A stretch of DNA of 64,000 bases from an uncultured virus (IMG/VR IMGVR_UViG_3300028840_003967) (Duplodnaviria > Heunggongvirae > Uroviricota > Caudoviricetes): positions 1-64,000 of IMG/VR virus record IMGVR_UViG_3300028840_003967; one strand, 5' to 3'. Under the pieces are notes generated by a model. It made no database searches and had not been told where the DNA came from. It saw nothing but the letters and a program-made list of their open reading frames with translations. Of the stretch, positions 34,901 through 44,209 are shown in pieces (position 1 is the stretch's first letter; every line of letters begins with the position of its first letter). Both the position numbers and the translations under genes were made by a program.

Positions 34901-37900
34901 TTCCTGTCTAGCAATTTCCTTAGCATTATCCGCAATGCCTTTTTGTAGTTTAGCACGAACTTTCTGTTGCTCCACGATCTCAACGAGTTTGGTTTGCTGT
35001 TCCGCCGTCAAATTGACGAACGTTCGCAATGACTCGTTGGCCGTATCCAATTTCAGGTCCGAAACAAAATCGATGTCAGGAATAGAAACAATACTGGATC
35101 GGAATTTTGTGAGCGTGTTAATGAACTCATCGAACACTTCTATTCCACGCTGTCCACTCCCGAATAGTCGTTCAAGCTGGAACATGAAAGGATTCAGGCC
35201 ACCAGCAACTTGCGCAAGAGGAATCCGGCTTGCCTGGAGTTTCGTGGCGAAGATAAGCGCCTGTTCCGATGTGATGTCAAAAGTTTCTCGAAGGCTTTGC
35301 AGGTCTTTATCAAATTGTTTAAGAGCTTCGGCACCAAAAGTGGCTGCGTCGATAGCACCAAAGACTTGAAGAAACTTGGCGAGAGCTTTACTTGCTTTTT
35401 CGCTGTCATCGGAGACAGCTTCAAAAGCAAGTGCCTTGATAAACTCGTTGACTTGTCCGCGCACTCTATCGAAATTGGCTTTATCAACTTCGATTTTGAA
35501 TTGCGGCGCATCCTTTCCTACGATGAAGTTGATCCGATCCACAACGCGCTGAACGCGAGCAATAGCTTCCTCTTCGCCTACTTTGCCTTCACGGCTTGTC
35601 AACGCTTCCTGTATGAATTGATCGAAAGCCTGCCGCACGCCCACAGCGCCTTGCCGAAGCGTTCTTGCGATGCCTTCGGTCAAACCTTCCTGATCGATCA
35701 ACTCTTGAAGTTTTACGTCTGTACGACTAAACTGCGTGAGCAAATTGTTGATGGACTCTCTTGAAACTTCCGTGAAGTCCTTCAACCCCGTGCTGACACG
35801 CTCTGTAGCATCCGCAATCGTCTTGAACTCTTGGTTCAAAACGTTCACAGCGTTCGTCAACGCGCCGGTTTCTTCTGCCGATTTCTTTGCTTCTTCACGT
35901 ATTTCCCTGAGCCTGTTCCTGGTTTTCTCCGTCTGTTTCTCGACAAAGCCGAACGTCTCTCCGAGTTTTTTCCATCCAGTGTTCAAGAATTCCGTAGGCT
36001 TTTGAATCAGACCAAGAGCATAGGCTAATTCGGAAGCAAGATCGATGATGGCCACAAGGCCAGCAACAAGGATTCCGACAACGGCAATGATCTTTGCTGC
36101 GGATGCAAGGAAGATGAGTGCGGCTTTAGATGCTGCAAGAAAAGCGATACGCACTTTTCCGAGCGCGCCGATAAGACTCACGCCGCCCACACCTGCTCCT
36201 GTGATAGCCGCGATGAGATTGGCAATGGCAATCTTTGCTGCTCTTGTCGAAGCCACCGAGAAGAAAAGGATGGCCCTTGAAGCTGCTCCAAACGCGGGAA
36301 CAAGTCTGGCCAACCAAAGAAGAAGTCTTCCCACAGAACCAACGAAAGCCGTTATGACACCGAGCGCACTTCCAAAAACTTCGATGAAGATGAATGCCGC
36401 TGTCGCCACGGTGCCAAGCACAGCAACCAACGCACCAAACTCAATGGCAAGCGTTGCGATCTGCTTTGCGAACTCAGGGTTCTCCTTGATCCATTCGCGC
36501 ACTTGGAAAAGCACGTCTTTAACGATCTTACCGAACGGTTCGAACGCATCTCTGATAACACGCCCGATTTCATTCGCCGTTTGCTGGAACTGACTTTGAA
36601 GCGTTGCCAACTGCCGTTGCACCTCCGCTTCAACGGAGACGCCGTCTCGGAAAGCCTGATTGGCGATGAGTTGTTTCTGTGCCACTCGTTCCGTGTTCGC
36701 GGCCAGTAAGTTAAGAACACGTCCAACGCGAATGTTGTTAAGGCCGAGAAGCGTTTGCGCCGTGATCTTTCCTTGCGCATCAAGAGCATTGAATCCCTTC
36801 AACACAAGATCGAGAGCGCCGAGCATATCCGTTTTGAGGAGTTTCGAGAACTCTTCGAAGGAAACGCCCGCGACTCTTGCCGCTTCCCTGGAACGGTCTG
36901 TGATCTGCGCGAGGATTCTCTGCAAGCCTGTTCCTGTGACTTGCGCCGAAACACCCAACTCCGCGAGCACGGCACCAAGAGCCGTCATAGCTCCAATGCC
37001 TTCCGTGCCGAGAATGTTGAACTGATTCGCCACAGGTCCAAGGAACTGCACGAAACGAACGAGAGAAGCAGCGGAGACGGCTGAAGCATCGGCCACGGCA
37101 TTGAATGCGTCGCCGATCTTGGTGATGTTCGCAATGTCGATCTTGAAGAGAAGCGTAAACGACTTGAACGCTTCAGCCGCTTCCTGTCCGGTCAACTGCA
37201 ACGCGATAGCGACTTTTTGGGCTTGCTTGACAAACTGCACGAGATTGTCTTGAGCAACGCCCAACCTCGCAGCCGCTTCCGCAAGATCGAGAACTTCGTT
37301 CGTTGCGATGCCGAGACTGCTTGCAACGTTCGTAAGTTCTTCTCCCAAGTCCCGCAACTGATCGCCGGACTTTCCAACCAAACGCCCGACACGAACAAGT
37401 TTTGTTTCGAACTCGGTGAACGTTTCAACAACGCTGCGCAAGACACGCTGGCCTATCGCGGCAGCCGCCACAAAGCCGAAGAACGACTGTCTCGTTATTC
37501 CGAGAGCACGATTGAGCAATCCCGCTGACTTCGTGGTTTCCGCGAATGCTCCACCAGCACCACCGGCAATACGAGCGCGGTTCAAGTCTCTGATTGCTTT
37601 GTTGGCTTGATTCACCACAGTAGAAAACTGAGTGAAGCCTTTAGATGCCGCCGTGGTAGATGCAGCGATCTTCCGAGTGAAGTTGTTTATCGAAGCGAGT
37701 GCCGTTTGGAGTCCGGCCAATGCCGCGCTGTCAACTTGGATTCTCGCTTTGATAACAAGTCTGTCTTGTGCTCGTTTCCGAAAAGCATCCAGCTTCTTTT
37801 CGGCGGCTTTGAGAGTAGCCGTAAGCGCAGCCTGATTGATTTTGATCTTCAGGTTAAGCCTTGCTTCGACTCGCGTCTTAAACTTCTTCAAGCGTTCTTC

Positions 37901-37957
37901 AACGACTTGAATACTTCGCGTGTCGAGTTGAAGCCTAATCAGAATGGTTTCGGCCAC
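31922..37957 (-). CDS. tail tape measure protein (TP901-family core)
   Basis: 2011 aa, helical Ala/Leu-rich, FETKLVRV..., hydrophobic TM region; follows chaperones. Confidence 0.93.
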   Translation of the reverse strand: MAETILIRLQLDTRSIQVVEERLKKFKTRVEARLNLKIKINQAALTATLKAAEKKLDAFRKRAQDRLVIKARIQVDSAALAGLQTALASINNFTRKIAASTTAASKGFTQFSTVVNQANKAIRDLNRARIAGGAGGAFAETTKSAGLLNRALGITRQSFFGFVAAAAIGQRVLRSVVETFTEFETKLVRVGRLVGKSGDQLRDLGEELTNVASSLGIATNEVLDLAEAAARLGVAQDNLVQFVKQAQKVAIALQLTGQEAAEAFKSFTLLFKIDIANITKIGDAFNAVADASAVSAASLVRFVQFLGPVANQFNILGTEGIGAMTALGAVLAELGVSAQVTGTGLQRILAQITDRSREAARVAGVSFEEFSKLLKTDMLGALDLVLKGFNALDAQGKITAQTLLGLNNIRVGRVLNLLAANTERVAQKQLIANQAFRDGVSVEAEVQRQLATLQSQFQQTANEIGRVIRDAFEPFGKIVKDVLFQVREWIKENPEFAKQIATLAIEFGALVAVLGTVATAAFIFIEVFGSALGVITAFVGSVGRLLLWLARLVPAFGAASRAILFFSVASTRAAKIAIANLIAAITGAGVGGVSLIGALGKVRIAFLAASKAALIFLASAAKIIAVVGILVAGLVAIIDLASELAYALGLIQKPTEFLNTGWKKLGETFGFVEKQTEKTRNRLREIREEAKKSAEETGALTNAVNVLNQEFKTIADATERVSTGLKDFTEVSRESINNLLTQFSRTDVKLQELIDQEGLTEGIARTLRQGAVGVRQAFDQFIQEALTSREGKVGEEEAIARVQRVVDRINFIVGKDAPQFKIEVDKANFDRVRGQVNEFIKALAFEAVSDDSEKASKALAKFLQVFGAIDAATFGAEALKQFDKDLQSLRETFDITSEQALIFATKLQASRIPLAQVAGGLNPFMFQLERLFGSGQRGIEVFDEFINTLTKFRSSIVSIPDIDFVSDLKLDTANESLRTFVNLTAEQQTKLVEIVEQQKVRAKLQKGIADNAKEIARQEEKGLTALRKRLNFQKEILRFIQRNLELQGKDKSPELLKDEENTKTIILQLEEKIAKETKKTQDNDKERVRINRLLERINRRNESLLARQAETAKDMAAQIEAIHKREMAIVDTLRKQGATAQDIAKARVKATQNALLAETTFLTKQLEVFRREQQKAVRDLDKLQKSGEAFLRRQLRLLDPNKQINALEDLFDEFQKEALKGGFVGLERVALTRFQKRFQQVAAEQKKEDQTQLQDLFKKRIEVQERLQELGFEDEKARLDSLNQNRERQLLREKGLRGQALELELQKRMFEIEQEDRVRNRNFESATKELEETETKITDIQNRTFNNQGKVQALYKSASAELQKAFAIGDARVKEMERRAKNASNGIITASRELADAARKLEEAAKLAFFRRIFKEEFDQQKATNEARLDAANATIKTFTSLQQLLDVEFREKLSEFARTFEDFGTEFLTSGKKLVAINASLGETEQLIRQLKLKETSGEILTETEREALLNAEARQKSLKRDRKRLEETEKQNRETLRAFREKQGALAVEFAERLKEAFPEREDLQKAFAEGFDKILTSVERAGPTQEAFGFVSELTDKAIRDLINDINFRRTEIEKSTQKLSDKMDTFLEALPKTIEKTFEAFKKGNEKLNEAADKAEDIAKRALSKPEVVKPVEEAAKAPAEREKKAAKVSKEDTSEFTKAAAEEGKRVGDLVKKQQAKFTQFALDLVKAQAEVYDVDLTDEGAVAAARERLIQATAALNDFWSKQSSANKELFDRMFTLIENAGKAAFDAAEFPLDKAFAFRHAAITQMNELFRQFQETDSRLRHTVVSLAEKQQKEKEIEREIQEVMKEEIGAEGARGVEGATEAAEAAPIAEPAVEATDRVKTATETFTAKVQEGFTAVAGKLNEVQAVFDKAIVPFTEMLKGINLETLSEATTTLNDSVADANASLTGLLDVQSENIEAINGLAENVADFALQSAEKTREHTNYIAEKKENVATAQEILNSATL

Positions 37958-37969
37958 GGTCTTGCTCCC

Positions 37970-38317
37970 TTACCCCATAGAGGGCGGCGGGGGTCTTCTA
38001 GGGACTCGTCCTTTGTAGTTCGGTCGTCCCTTGTTTCTTGCCCCGCTCCCTCTAAGTTTGTTGAGCACTTGCAACTTCTCCACAAACTGAGAATTGATCC
38101 CGCGTTCTTTTGGTCGATCTCCCTTTCCGGCTTCGTCGTACTCTTTCATCACTCGTTTGAACTGTTTCGCGTCGGCATTGACGCCAAGACGAGTGGCGAT
38201 GGCCATTTGTTTGATGTCCTCCAACTCCCCCGTGATGACTTCCTTGTACAAGATGCTGATCTCCTCTTCGCTGAACTCCCACAAGATGTTCCTTATCGTG
38301 TACCCGTGCCTTACCAA
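37970..38317 (-). CDS. tail assembly chaperone, frameshift (GT-like) extension
   Basis: Open in -1 frame from A AAA AAC at 38398-38392. Confidence 0.75.
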   Translation of the reverse strand: MVRHGYTIRNILWEFSEEEISILYKEVITGELEDIKQMAIATRLGVNADAKQFKRVMKEYDEAGKGDRPKERGINSQFVEKLQVLNKLRGSGARNKGRPNYKGRVPRRPPPPSMG

Positions 38318-38325
38318 GCGCGAGA

Positions 38326-38943
38326 TTATTTGCGCGTCGGAGACAGGTTCGGACTGGCGATCTTTTCCATCGTCACCAGTCCGCTTAGCAGGTTTTTTAG
38401 GATGAACTCAAAGTTCTGTTCGAAGATGATCTTTCCAAGTTCAACGATGTCGAAGAACTCAAGTTCATGGACGTAATCGAAAGCCTCCTTTTCGCTGCTG
38501 AAGTTGTACGGCCTTTTGTTGTCATCTGTTTGCGCGAGCGTCTTTGCGATGATTTCCGTCACAGACGCAGAATTGTCCGTGAGCATCTTTCCGATGTTGT
38601 CTTCGGTGAAAATGCCGATCATGGATGAAATGCTGATTGCCAACTCTCCTTGGGGAGAAATCAAACCTCCAAGAGAAGAGCCGAAAATCTGAACGCCTTG
38701 GGGTAGAAGTGTCATTCCCAAGCCCCACGGCCAGCGACGAAGAATCAGTTTCTTCGGGCGCTTTTCCGCGTACATGCCGAGAGGTTCATACTCTTCTTCT
38801 CTCGTCGTAAGAAGTTTCCGAAGCCTTGCCTTTCTTTCTTCTTCGGTTTCTTCCTTCTTCTCAGGAACTTCCTGCTTTGCTTTTTCTTCTTTTTCCGCCG
38901 CCAACTCGTCTACCTTCGTGGCTTCTCCGTTCATGTCAGTCAT
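38326..38943 (-). CDS. tail assembly chaperone (G-like)
   Basis: Between tail tube and tape measure; slippery heptamer near 3' end. Confidence 0.75.
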   Translation of the reverse strand: MTDMNGEATKVDELAAEKEEKAKQEVPEKKEETEEERKARLRKLLTTREEEYEPLGMYAEKRPKKLILRRWPWGLGMTLLPQGVQIFGSSLGGLISPQGELAISISSMIGIFTEDNIGKMLTDNSASVTEIIAKTLAQTDDNKRPYNFSSEKEAFDYVHELEFFDIVELGKIIFEQNFEFILKNLLSGLVTMEKIASPNLSPTRK

Positions 38944-38954
38944 CTCCCGTGATA

Positions 38955-39000
38955 AATGAAAGAGAGAGAGTGAGGTTCAAGGCCCTCACTCCCTCTCTCC
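38955..39000 (-). terminator. terminator after major tail gene
   Basis: GAGAGAGGGAGTGAGG GCCTTGAA CCTCACTCTCTCTC TTTCATTT. Confidence 0.65.
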
Positions 39001-39037
39001 TTTTCGGACAGTAACAGCCGACAGCACATGCTATCGA

Positions 39038-39853
39038 CTAAATGTTCTGGCCAGCCCCAAGTTGCTGAATGACCCCGTAGGGCGCACTCGGCGCAGCAAG
39101 GCTGTTGTCCAGAATGTCCAGTTCCAACTGGAACGAAGTCCAGTCGTCGCTGTTCCAACTGAAGTCACCAGTCGGATTGATCTGAACGTTGTCAAACTGT
39201 GCGATCATTTCCTGTCCGGTATCCGACACACCGATGAACTGGACCTGCGCAGTCTTGAGAATTTGGGTGAGCGGATTGAAACTTCTGCTCTCCAAAACAT
39301 CATGCGTGTAGTCCACTTCAACGAAGTCGCCATCGCCGATGCTGCCAGTGGCAACACGACGGATGGCCTTGTGGCCGAAATGATCCTCGATCACGTAGTC
39401 GGTCGTGACAGTGAACGCAGCGCCGCCACCATACGGTTCAACAACAACCGAAGAGGCGTTGACACCATCCTTCAGAATGCGCCTTTCCGTTCCGGTCAGC
39501 TTCATCACTTCGGTTGTCACACTCCCACCACCTGGAGAAGCAGCAACGTCCGTGATGTCCCCACCAAGGAAGAAGAGCCGAAGGTTCTCGGGATCGGCTT
39601 CAACGATGGTGACAGTGATGGTCGAAGAGATTTCCTTGACAATCTTTCGATCCTTCACCCGCGTTCCGGTGGACGCGCAGAAGTGCTCTTGAAAGTCAAT
39701 CGCTTGTGCGAAAGGAGCCTCTTCGATGCAGCCAAGATCGACAAATCCGCGATACTTAGGCGGAGTTGCGGAAGCATCGAGAAGTTCGTTCACCCACAAA
39801 CGAATGCCCCCAAGAGTGTAGTTGTAGGGACTTGGGCGCTCGTAATGAGCCAT
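39038..39853 (-). CDS. major tail tube protein
   Basis: YTLGGIRLW..FVDLGCIEE..ENLRLFFLG..PTGDF..DDWTSFQLELDIL; position. Confidence 0.8.
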   Translation of the reverse strand: MAHYERPSPYNYTLGGIRLWVNELLDASATPPKYRGFVDLGCIEEAPFAQAIDFQEHFCASTGTRVKDRKIVKEISSTITVTIVEADPENLRLFFLGGDITDVAASPGGGSVTTEVMKLTGTERRILKDGVNASSVVVEPYGGGAAFTVTTDYVIEDHFGHKAIRRVATGSIGDGDFVEVDYTHDVLESRSFNPLTQILKTAQVQFIGVSDTGQEMIAQFDNVQINPTGDFSWNSDDWTSFQLELDILDNSLAAPSAPYGVIQQLGAGQNI

Positions 39854-39877
39854 TGTTCCACACTCCTGTCTTTGTCC

Positions 39878-40399
39878 TTATCGAAGGCGTCTCAGTTCCT
39901 CAAGGAGAAACTTCCTCGCCTTGGACACAGCCTTTTGCAAGAAACGATTGGGCTTCGCTCCAGGGTGAAGTACGTGAGTGGCATATTGCTTGTAGAGATT
40001 CCCCTTACCCAATCCCTTCCTTTGTGCTTTGCTCCGTCTTCGACGAAGCGTGTCTGTCCCTTTCCGCAACAAAAAGTTCTTGTTAGGAAAGGCCAGTATT
40101 CCCCCCGCCCTCTTTGCGAAGATGAAGTTCGGGCCGAAGCCTTCAGTCAACGGCAACAAGTGCGGGGCATCCGAAACGACAGTAACGCTATCGCCACGGA
40201 CGACAACACGGAGAGAATCGACTAGTCCTTTTCCTGTTTCTCTACGATAAGGACCGGGAGCATTCTTATCCCCGCGCGGTGCGGTTCTTCGAATCTCCTT
40301 TTCGAGTCTCACACCAACATTCCGCAACGCCTCGCGGAATTCTCTGCGGGCACGCTGTTTGTCAGTCCCAAGCATGACTGCCAATCTGCTTTCAGCCAT
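39878..40399 (-). CDS. HK97 gp10-like neck protein
   Basis: TAP..TG..L.DS..V..APH..EG..HPGAKPNRFL.KA. Confidence 0.7.
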   Translation of the reverse strand: MAESRLAVMLGTDKQRARREFREALRNVGVRLEKEIRRTAPRGDKNAPGPYRRETGKGLVDSLRVVVRGDSVTVVSDAPHLLPLTEGFGPNFIFAKRAGGILAFPNKNFLLRKGTDTLRRRRSKAQRKGLGKGNLYKQYATHVLHPGAKPNRFLQKAVSKARKFLLEELRRLR

Positions 40400-40881
40400 C
40401 ATGGAGTCCTAACATACTTAGTGGCCCACTGACTGCGGAGCCGGTACGTATCCGTTCTCTCATCGAATACGTTATCCTCAACCGACTCTTGCCGGAAAAG
40501 AGCGACATTGATCTTCAAATCCGGCACGGGAGACGGAACCACGGCTTGAAGAAGCCTTGGGGTCACGGCCAACTGAATGGCCCGGTGAACCAACCAAATG
40601 GTTTTCTTCTCCTTCGTCTGCCCTTTGTGAATCACATCGATCTGAACCGTCCCGTCGATCCTTCCGCAAGGATCAACAGTTTCGGCCAGCATGTTAAACG
40701 TTACGGCAGGCAGCTTGCCGTCTGTCAAATCCTCAAGCATCTTGCTGTCGGACGGATAAATCCGATCACCAACAAGCGGCCCAACGCCCGTGGTAGGATC
40801 GTCAGAAGCCACCAACGCGCGTCTAACAGCTTCCAAAATCTCGTAACTAATCGTTAGTGCCCTCCTCATCTTTATTCCCAT
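40399..40881 (-). CDS. tail terminator/completion protein
   Basis: VGDRIYP..LPAVTF..VQIDV. Confidence 0.65.
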   Translation of the reverse strand: MGIKMRRALTISYEILEAVRRALVASDDPTTGVGPLVGDRIYPSDSKMLEDLTDGKLPAVTFNMLAETVDPCGRIDGTVQIDVIHKGQTKEKKTIWLVHRAIQLAVTPRLLQAVVPSPVPDLKINVALFRQESVEDNVFDERTDTYRLRSQWATKYVRTP

Positions 40882-40924
40882 TTCTGACTTGACTATCGCA
40901 CGATTTTCGTGTAATAGTTAAGAC

Positions 40925-41419
40925 ATGAGATGGAAACAGATTCCAGGCTACGAAGGCTTCTACAGTGTCTCCCACACAGGACTTGTGAGAAGAGACACTA
41001 CGGAAAAAATACTCAAGCCTTCGCCAACGGGCAAAACAGGATATGTAAGCGTTGATCTTTCCAAGAAAGGAAAGCGCAAACGCATAAACATCCATCGTCT
41101 TGTGATGCTTGCCTTCGTCAGTCCTTGCCCTCCTGGCCTTGAAGTCAACCACATTGACGGAAAAAGAACCAACAACAGACGAGACAATCTTGAGTACGTC
41201 ACACGCTCTGAAAACCACCTTAACGCCTACAGAGACAGAGGCGTTAAAGTAAACCAAGGTTCCAACCACGGAATGAGCCGCCTTACGGAACAAAAAGTGA
41301 AACGCATTCGACGCCTTATTCGAAAAGGTTGGAGCCTCAAACGAATAGCCAAGAAGTTCAGAGTTGATCCTTCCTGCATTTCTAGGATCAAATCCTACGA
41401 ACTCTGGAAACACGTTTAA
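40925..41419 (+). mobile_element. NUMOD4-HNH homing endonuclease, inverted in neck operon
   Basis: WKQIPGYEGFYSVSHTGLVR; HRLVMLAF..VNHIDGKRTNNRRDNLE; C-terminal HTH. Confidence 0.9.
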
Positions 41420-41433
41420 GTATGACATCTCGG

Positions 41434-42204
41434 TCAGTTCTCCCCGTACCGGCGACACAACAGCCGGTAGAAGTCTTCTCTCGGATCGAAACGAACGCCG
41501 ACAACAATGAACTCTTGATCCGCTCCGGTATGATCCGTGTCAAGAATCCTATCTTCCATTGTTGGCCGGAATTCCGTTTCGTCAAGCAACTTGAATTCTT
41601 CCTTCAACGCCCAAAAGACGACATCTCCAACAGCGATGATCCCCGAAAAGATCAACTCGGCTTCCATGTCCACGTCGCTTTTGTTTACAGTCAGTACGAT
41701 CTTTTCAACGTCGTCTGTCACTTGCCAAGACGGCCCTGCAAATGTCTGAGCCTTGATTCGCGTGTACACAACACCTTTCAAATGGTTGTCTTGGCGAATG
41801 AGCATTTCACAGCGTCCACTTGCAGGGTTGTACTCCTTTCGTTTGATCGTGAACAGATTGCCCGATCCAGACGGCCAAGTAACCACGGAAAGGATGTTCG
41901 GGTTTACATCGTACACACTCAAAAAACGATCCGTGGGAAGAATCAATCCGCCGCTGTTGGCGATTTGTTCGTCATCCAGATTCGGCACACTGGCGGGAAT
42001 GGCAGTGTACTGTTTCACCAATTCCCTTCTAGGCCGAATGTTTCCGCTTCCAAGGTCTTCCCGACAAAAAGCGTATTGGTGAAAGTCTACAAGAGGATCA
42101 TTCAGCAATGAACGCTCTTGATGGAAAATTGATTTGAGTTCCTCGTTAAAGGTTACGACTTCACGAGGACCAAGCCCCTTTGGAAAGTTCGGAAGAAGAG
42201 CCAA
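41434..42204 (-). CDS. head closure-like protein
   Basis: Position in neck module. Confidence 0.45.
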   Translation of the reverse strand: MALLPNFPKGLGPREVVTFNEELKSIFHQERSLLNDPLVDFHQYAFCREDLGSGNIRPRRELVKQYTAIPASVPNLDDEQIANSGGLILPTDRFLSVYDVNPNILSVVTWPSGSGNLFTIKRKEYNPASGRCEMLIRQDNHLKGVVYTRIKAQTFAGPSWQVTDDVEKIVLTVNKSDVDMEAELIFSGIIAVGDVVFWALKEEFKLLDETEFRPTMEDRILDTDHTGADQEFIVVGVRFDPREDFYRLLCRRYGEN

Positions 42205-42205
42205 C

Positions 42206-42661
42206 TCAAATCTCCTTCAGCGGAACGATGGGTTTGGTGAACTCGGCGAACACCACATCGTCTGTCACAGGCTCGCATGTGCGATGAAAACAATGATCGC
42301 ACTCTTGGGTAAAATCCTCAAAGATGTCTTTCGGCCATGCCGCGAGATGCTTTCTCAGACAAATGCGACACTTCAACACTCCTATGATGTACCTGTCGGG
42401 GTCGCCCTTCTCCTTTGGACAGTCAGCCCACGCGCACACGAAATCGTTGGGAACATCGATGTTGATCTCGCCAGCGAGAACGTCATCGATACATTTATCC
42501 CAACGTGCTTCCATCGTGGCGTCCATATCACGCTCTCCGATTCTTTTTCCCTGTCCGTTTCTTCGGTACACTTTTTCCACGTCCGCCCCGGACAAGTTTC
42601 TGCGATCCTTTTTCCATCTTCCCTTCTTTCTGAAGGGCAGACGTAGCGATGGCAAAAGCAC
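42206..42661 (-). CDS. Cys-containing hypothetical protein (true start probably ~42526)
   Basis: CAWADC, CRIC, CDHC motifs. Confidence 0.45.
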   Translation of the reverse strand: MLLPSLRLPFRKKGRWKKDRRNLSGADVEKVYRRNGQGKRIGERDMDATMEARWDKCIDDVLAGEINIDVPNDFVCAWADCPKEKGDPDRYIIGVLKCRICLRKHLAAWPKDIFEDFTQECDHCFHRTCEPVTDDVVFAEFTKPIVPLKEI

Positions 42662-42722
42662 GGCTTTCGTCGAAGCCTTGCCGCTTGAGTGCCGCTACTC
42701 TCTTGTCAAGAATTCTAGGCAT
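42528..42722 (-). CDS. small basic protein
   Basis: MPRILDKRVAALKRQG..AFAIATSALQKEG; coupled to upstream stop. Confidence 0.55.
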   Translation of the reverse strand: MPRILDKRVAALKRQGFDESRAFAIATSALQKEGKMEKGSQKLVRGGRGKSVPKKRTGKKNRRA

Positions 42723-43527
42723 CTGTCCTCACCTGAAGTTCGTTGGAGATGGCGATGCGCCCATTGTAGTCCGTCGTCCCAACGACGATCCAATAGACGG
42801 TATCGGGAGTCAAGTCACTCAGTCTAGCGGCGTTCTGCCACTGTTCCTGAGAGATGACAAGAATGGGTTCAAGCCCTTCTCTCACGCCTGGATTTGTCAA
42901 AGCGGAAGAAAGGCGCGTCTTATCTTCAATCTCAGGAAGCGTATCGATGTAGACAACGTAAGAGTAGAAGTCACTCACCGTTGCCCGCGTCCACTGGATG
43001 TCAATCGTCGTGTCCGTCTTCTTCAACAACTGAAGCGTTGTTTTCGGAGGAGTGTGTTGAACATCCGTAGGAACCATAGCATCGATCACAATATCTCGCC
43101 GGATGAGTTCTCCTTGAAGAATGCTCTCGTCACCGAGAGTGAGTTGAGAATCATCCAAGTAACGTTCGAACTGTTGCCGAAGTTCCTTTTTGATGAGCGC
43201 ATTGTTTTTTACGCTTTGGCCTGGATCGGTTTTCCCGACACGAGAATCAATCAGGAAATACTTGGCGAAGTGGAGTAGGCGCGAATCAGTTACCATCATC
43301 GCGGCCCAAAGAAGAATTGCAGGTTCTTCAATGGGTTTCACTTCATCGAAACTTTGAATCTCTTCATTGAAGAGACGAGCGCCGTCAAAAAGAAACGCCG
43401 AGAGTTCATTGTCTGGTAGCTCATCGTGCGGCACGCTTCCCATAGAGCGCAACCGCCCGATGAGTTCCAGACGCTTCGGGGAATCGATCACACTGTACTG
43501 ATCCAGCAACATCACTTCGAAAGACAT
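42715..43527 (-). CDS. head-tail adaptor-like protein with C-terminal FN3 domain
   Basis: TTIDIQWT..YVVY..LSDLTPDTVYWIVV..SNELQVRT. Confidence 0.65.
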   Translation of the reverse strand: MSFEVMLLDQYSVIDSPKRLELIGRLRSMGSVPHDELPDNELSAFLFDGARLFNEEIQSFDEVKPIEEPAILLWAAMMVTDSRLLHFAKYFLIDSRVGKTDPGQSVKNNALIKKELRQQFERYLDDSQLTLGDESILQGELIRRDIVIDAMVPTDVQHTPPKTTLQLLKKTDTTIDIQWTRATVSDFYSYVVYIDTLPEIEDKTRLSSALTNPGVREGLEPILVISQEQWQNAARLSDLTPDTVYWIVVGTTDYNGRIAISNELQVRTDA

Positions 43528-43538
43528 CGTAATTCCCC

Positions 43539-44123
43539 TTACTCAAGCGTGATGGCGTTGTCTCCCTCTTCAAGCGCGTCTGCCACGAAACGGGGGCAAA
43601 CGTATTTCATCCCGTCGAGAAAGCTGTTGTACACGTCCTGAAAACTAAACGTGCCTATCGTCGGTGCGGGATGGTGCGACTTCATGGCGCGAATCGTGAC
43701 GAGTTCCGTACTGCGCGCCAAAGTCGGATTCGCATCCGTGGGTTGATATGTCTGCATGAACCTTTTCGCCGCGTTGTCGATCTTCGCTTGAAGAGCTTTT
43801 CGCTGACGAACTTTTTCCATCGTGTTCTGCGAGCGAAGACCGCCAGCGGAAAGAACTTCCGAGCCATCTTCTCGCAAAGCAGCTTCATCCACAAACTCAA
43901 ACTCGTGCAGAAACTTTCCTGGCCTTGTTGATCGCGGCTGATTCATCTCAGCAACTTTCGCCGGGTTGTTCACGGCAGCGGAACTTTGTGGTACGATTGT
44001 TTCCGCTGTTGGAGAAGCAGACGGGGACGTGGCAGTAGCCGTGCCCACATCGCCTTTTCCTTCGTCCTTCGGTGCTTCGTTCGTGCCCGCATTCTTCGGG
44101 GGAGTTTTGTTGTCCTTCGCCAT
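43539..44123 (-). CDS. hypothetical virion-associated protein
   Basis: AAAGGAG RBS; head module. Confidence 0.55.
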   Translation of the reverse strand: MAKDNKTPPKNAGTNEAPKDEGKGDVGTATATSPSASPTAETIVPQSSAAVNNPAKVAEMNQPRSTRPGKFLHEFEFVDEAALREDGSEVLSAGGLRSQNTMEKVRQRKALQAKIDNAAKRFMQTYQPTDANPTLARSTELVTIRAMKSHHPAPTIGTFSFQDVYNSFLDGMKYVCPRFVADALEEGDNAITLE

Positions 44124-44209
44124 GGTCTTTCTCCTTTGTTAGTGAAAAATCGACACGGTTGTTTCGAGAGAGTCCACGTGTCATTCTCTCTACTCACATC
44201 CTCGTCTCC

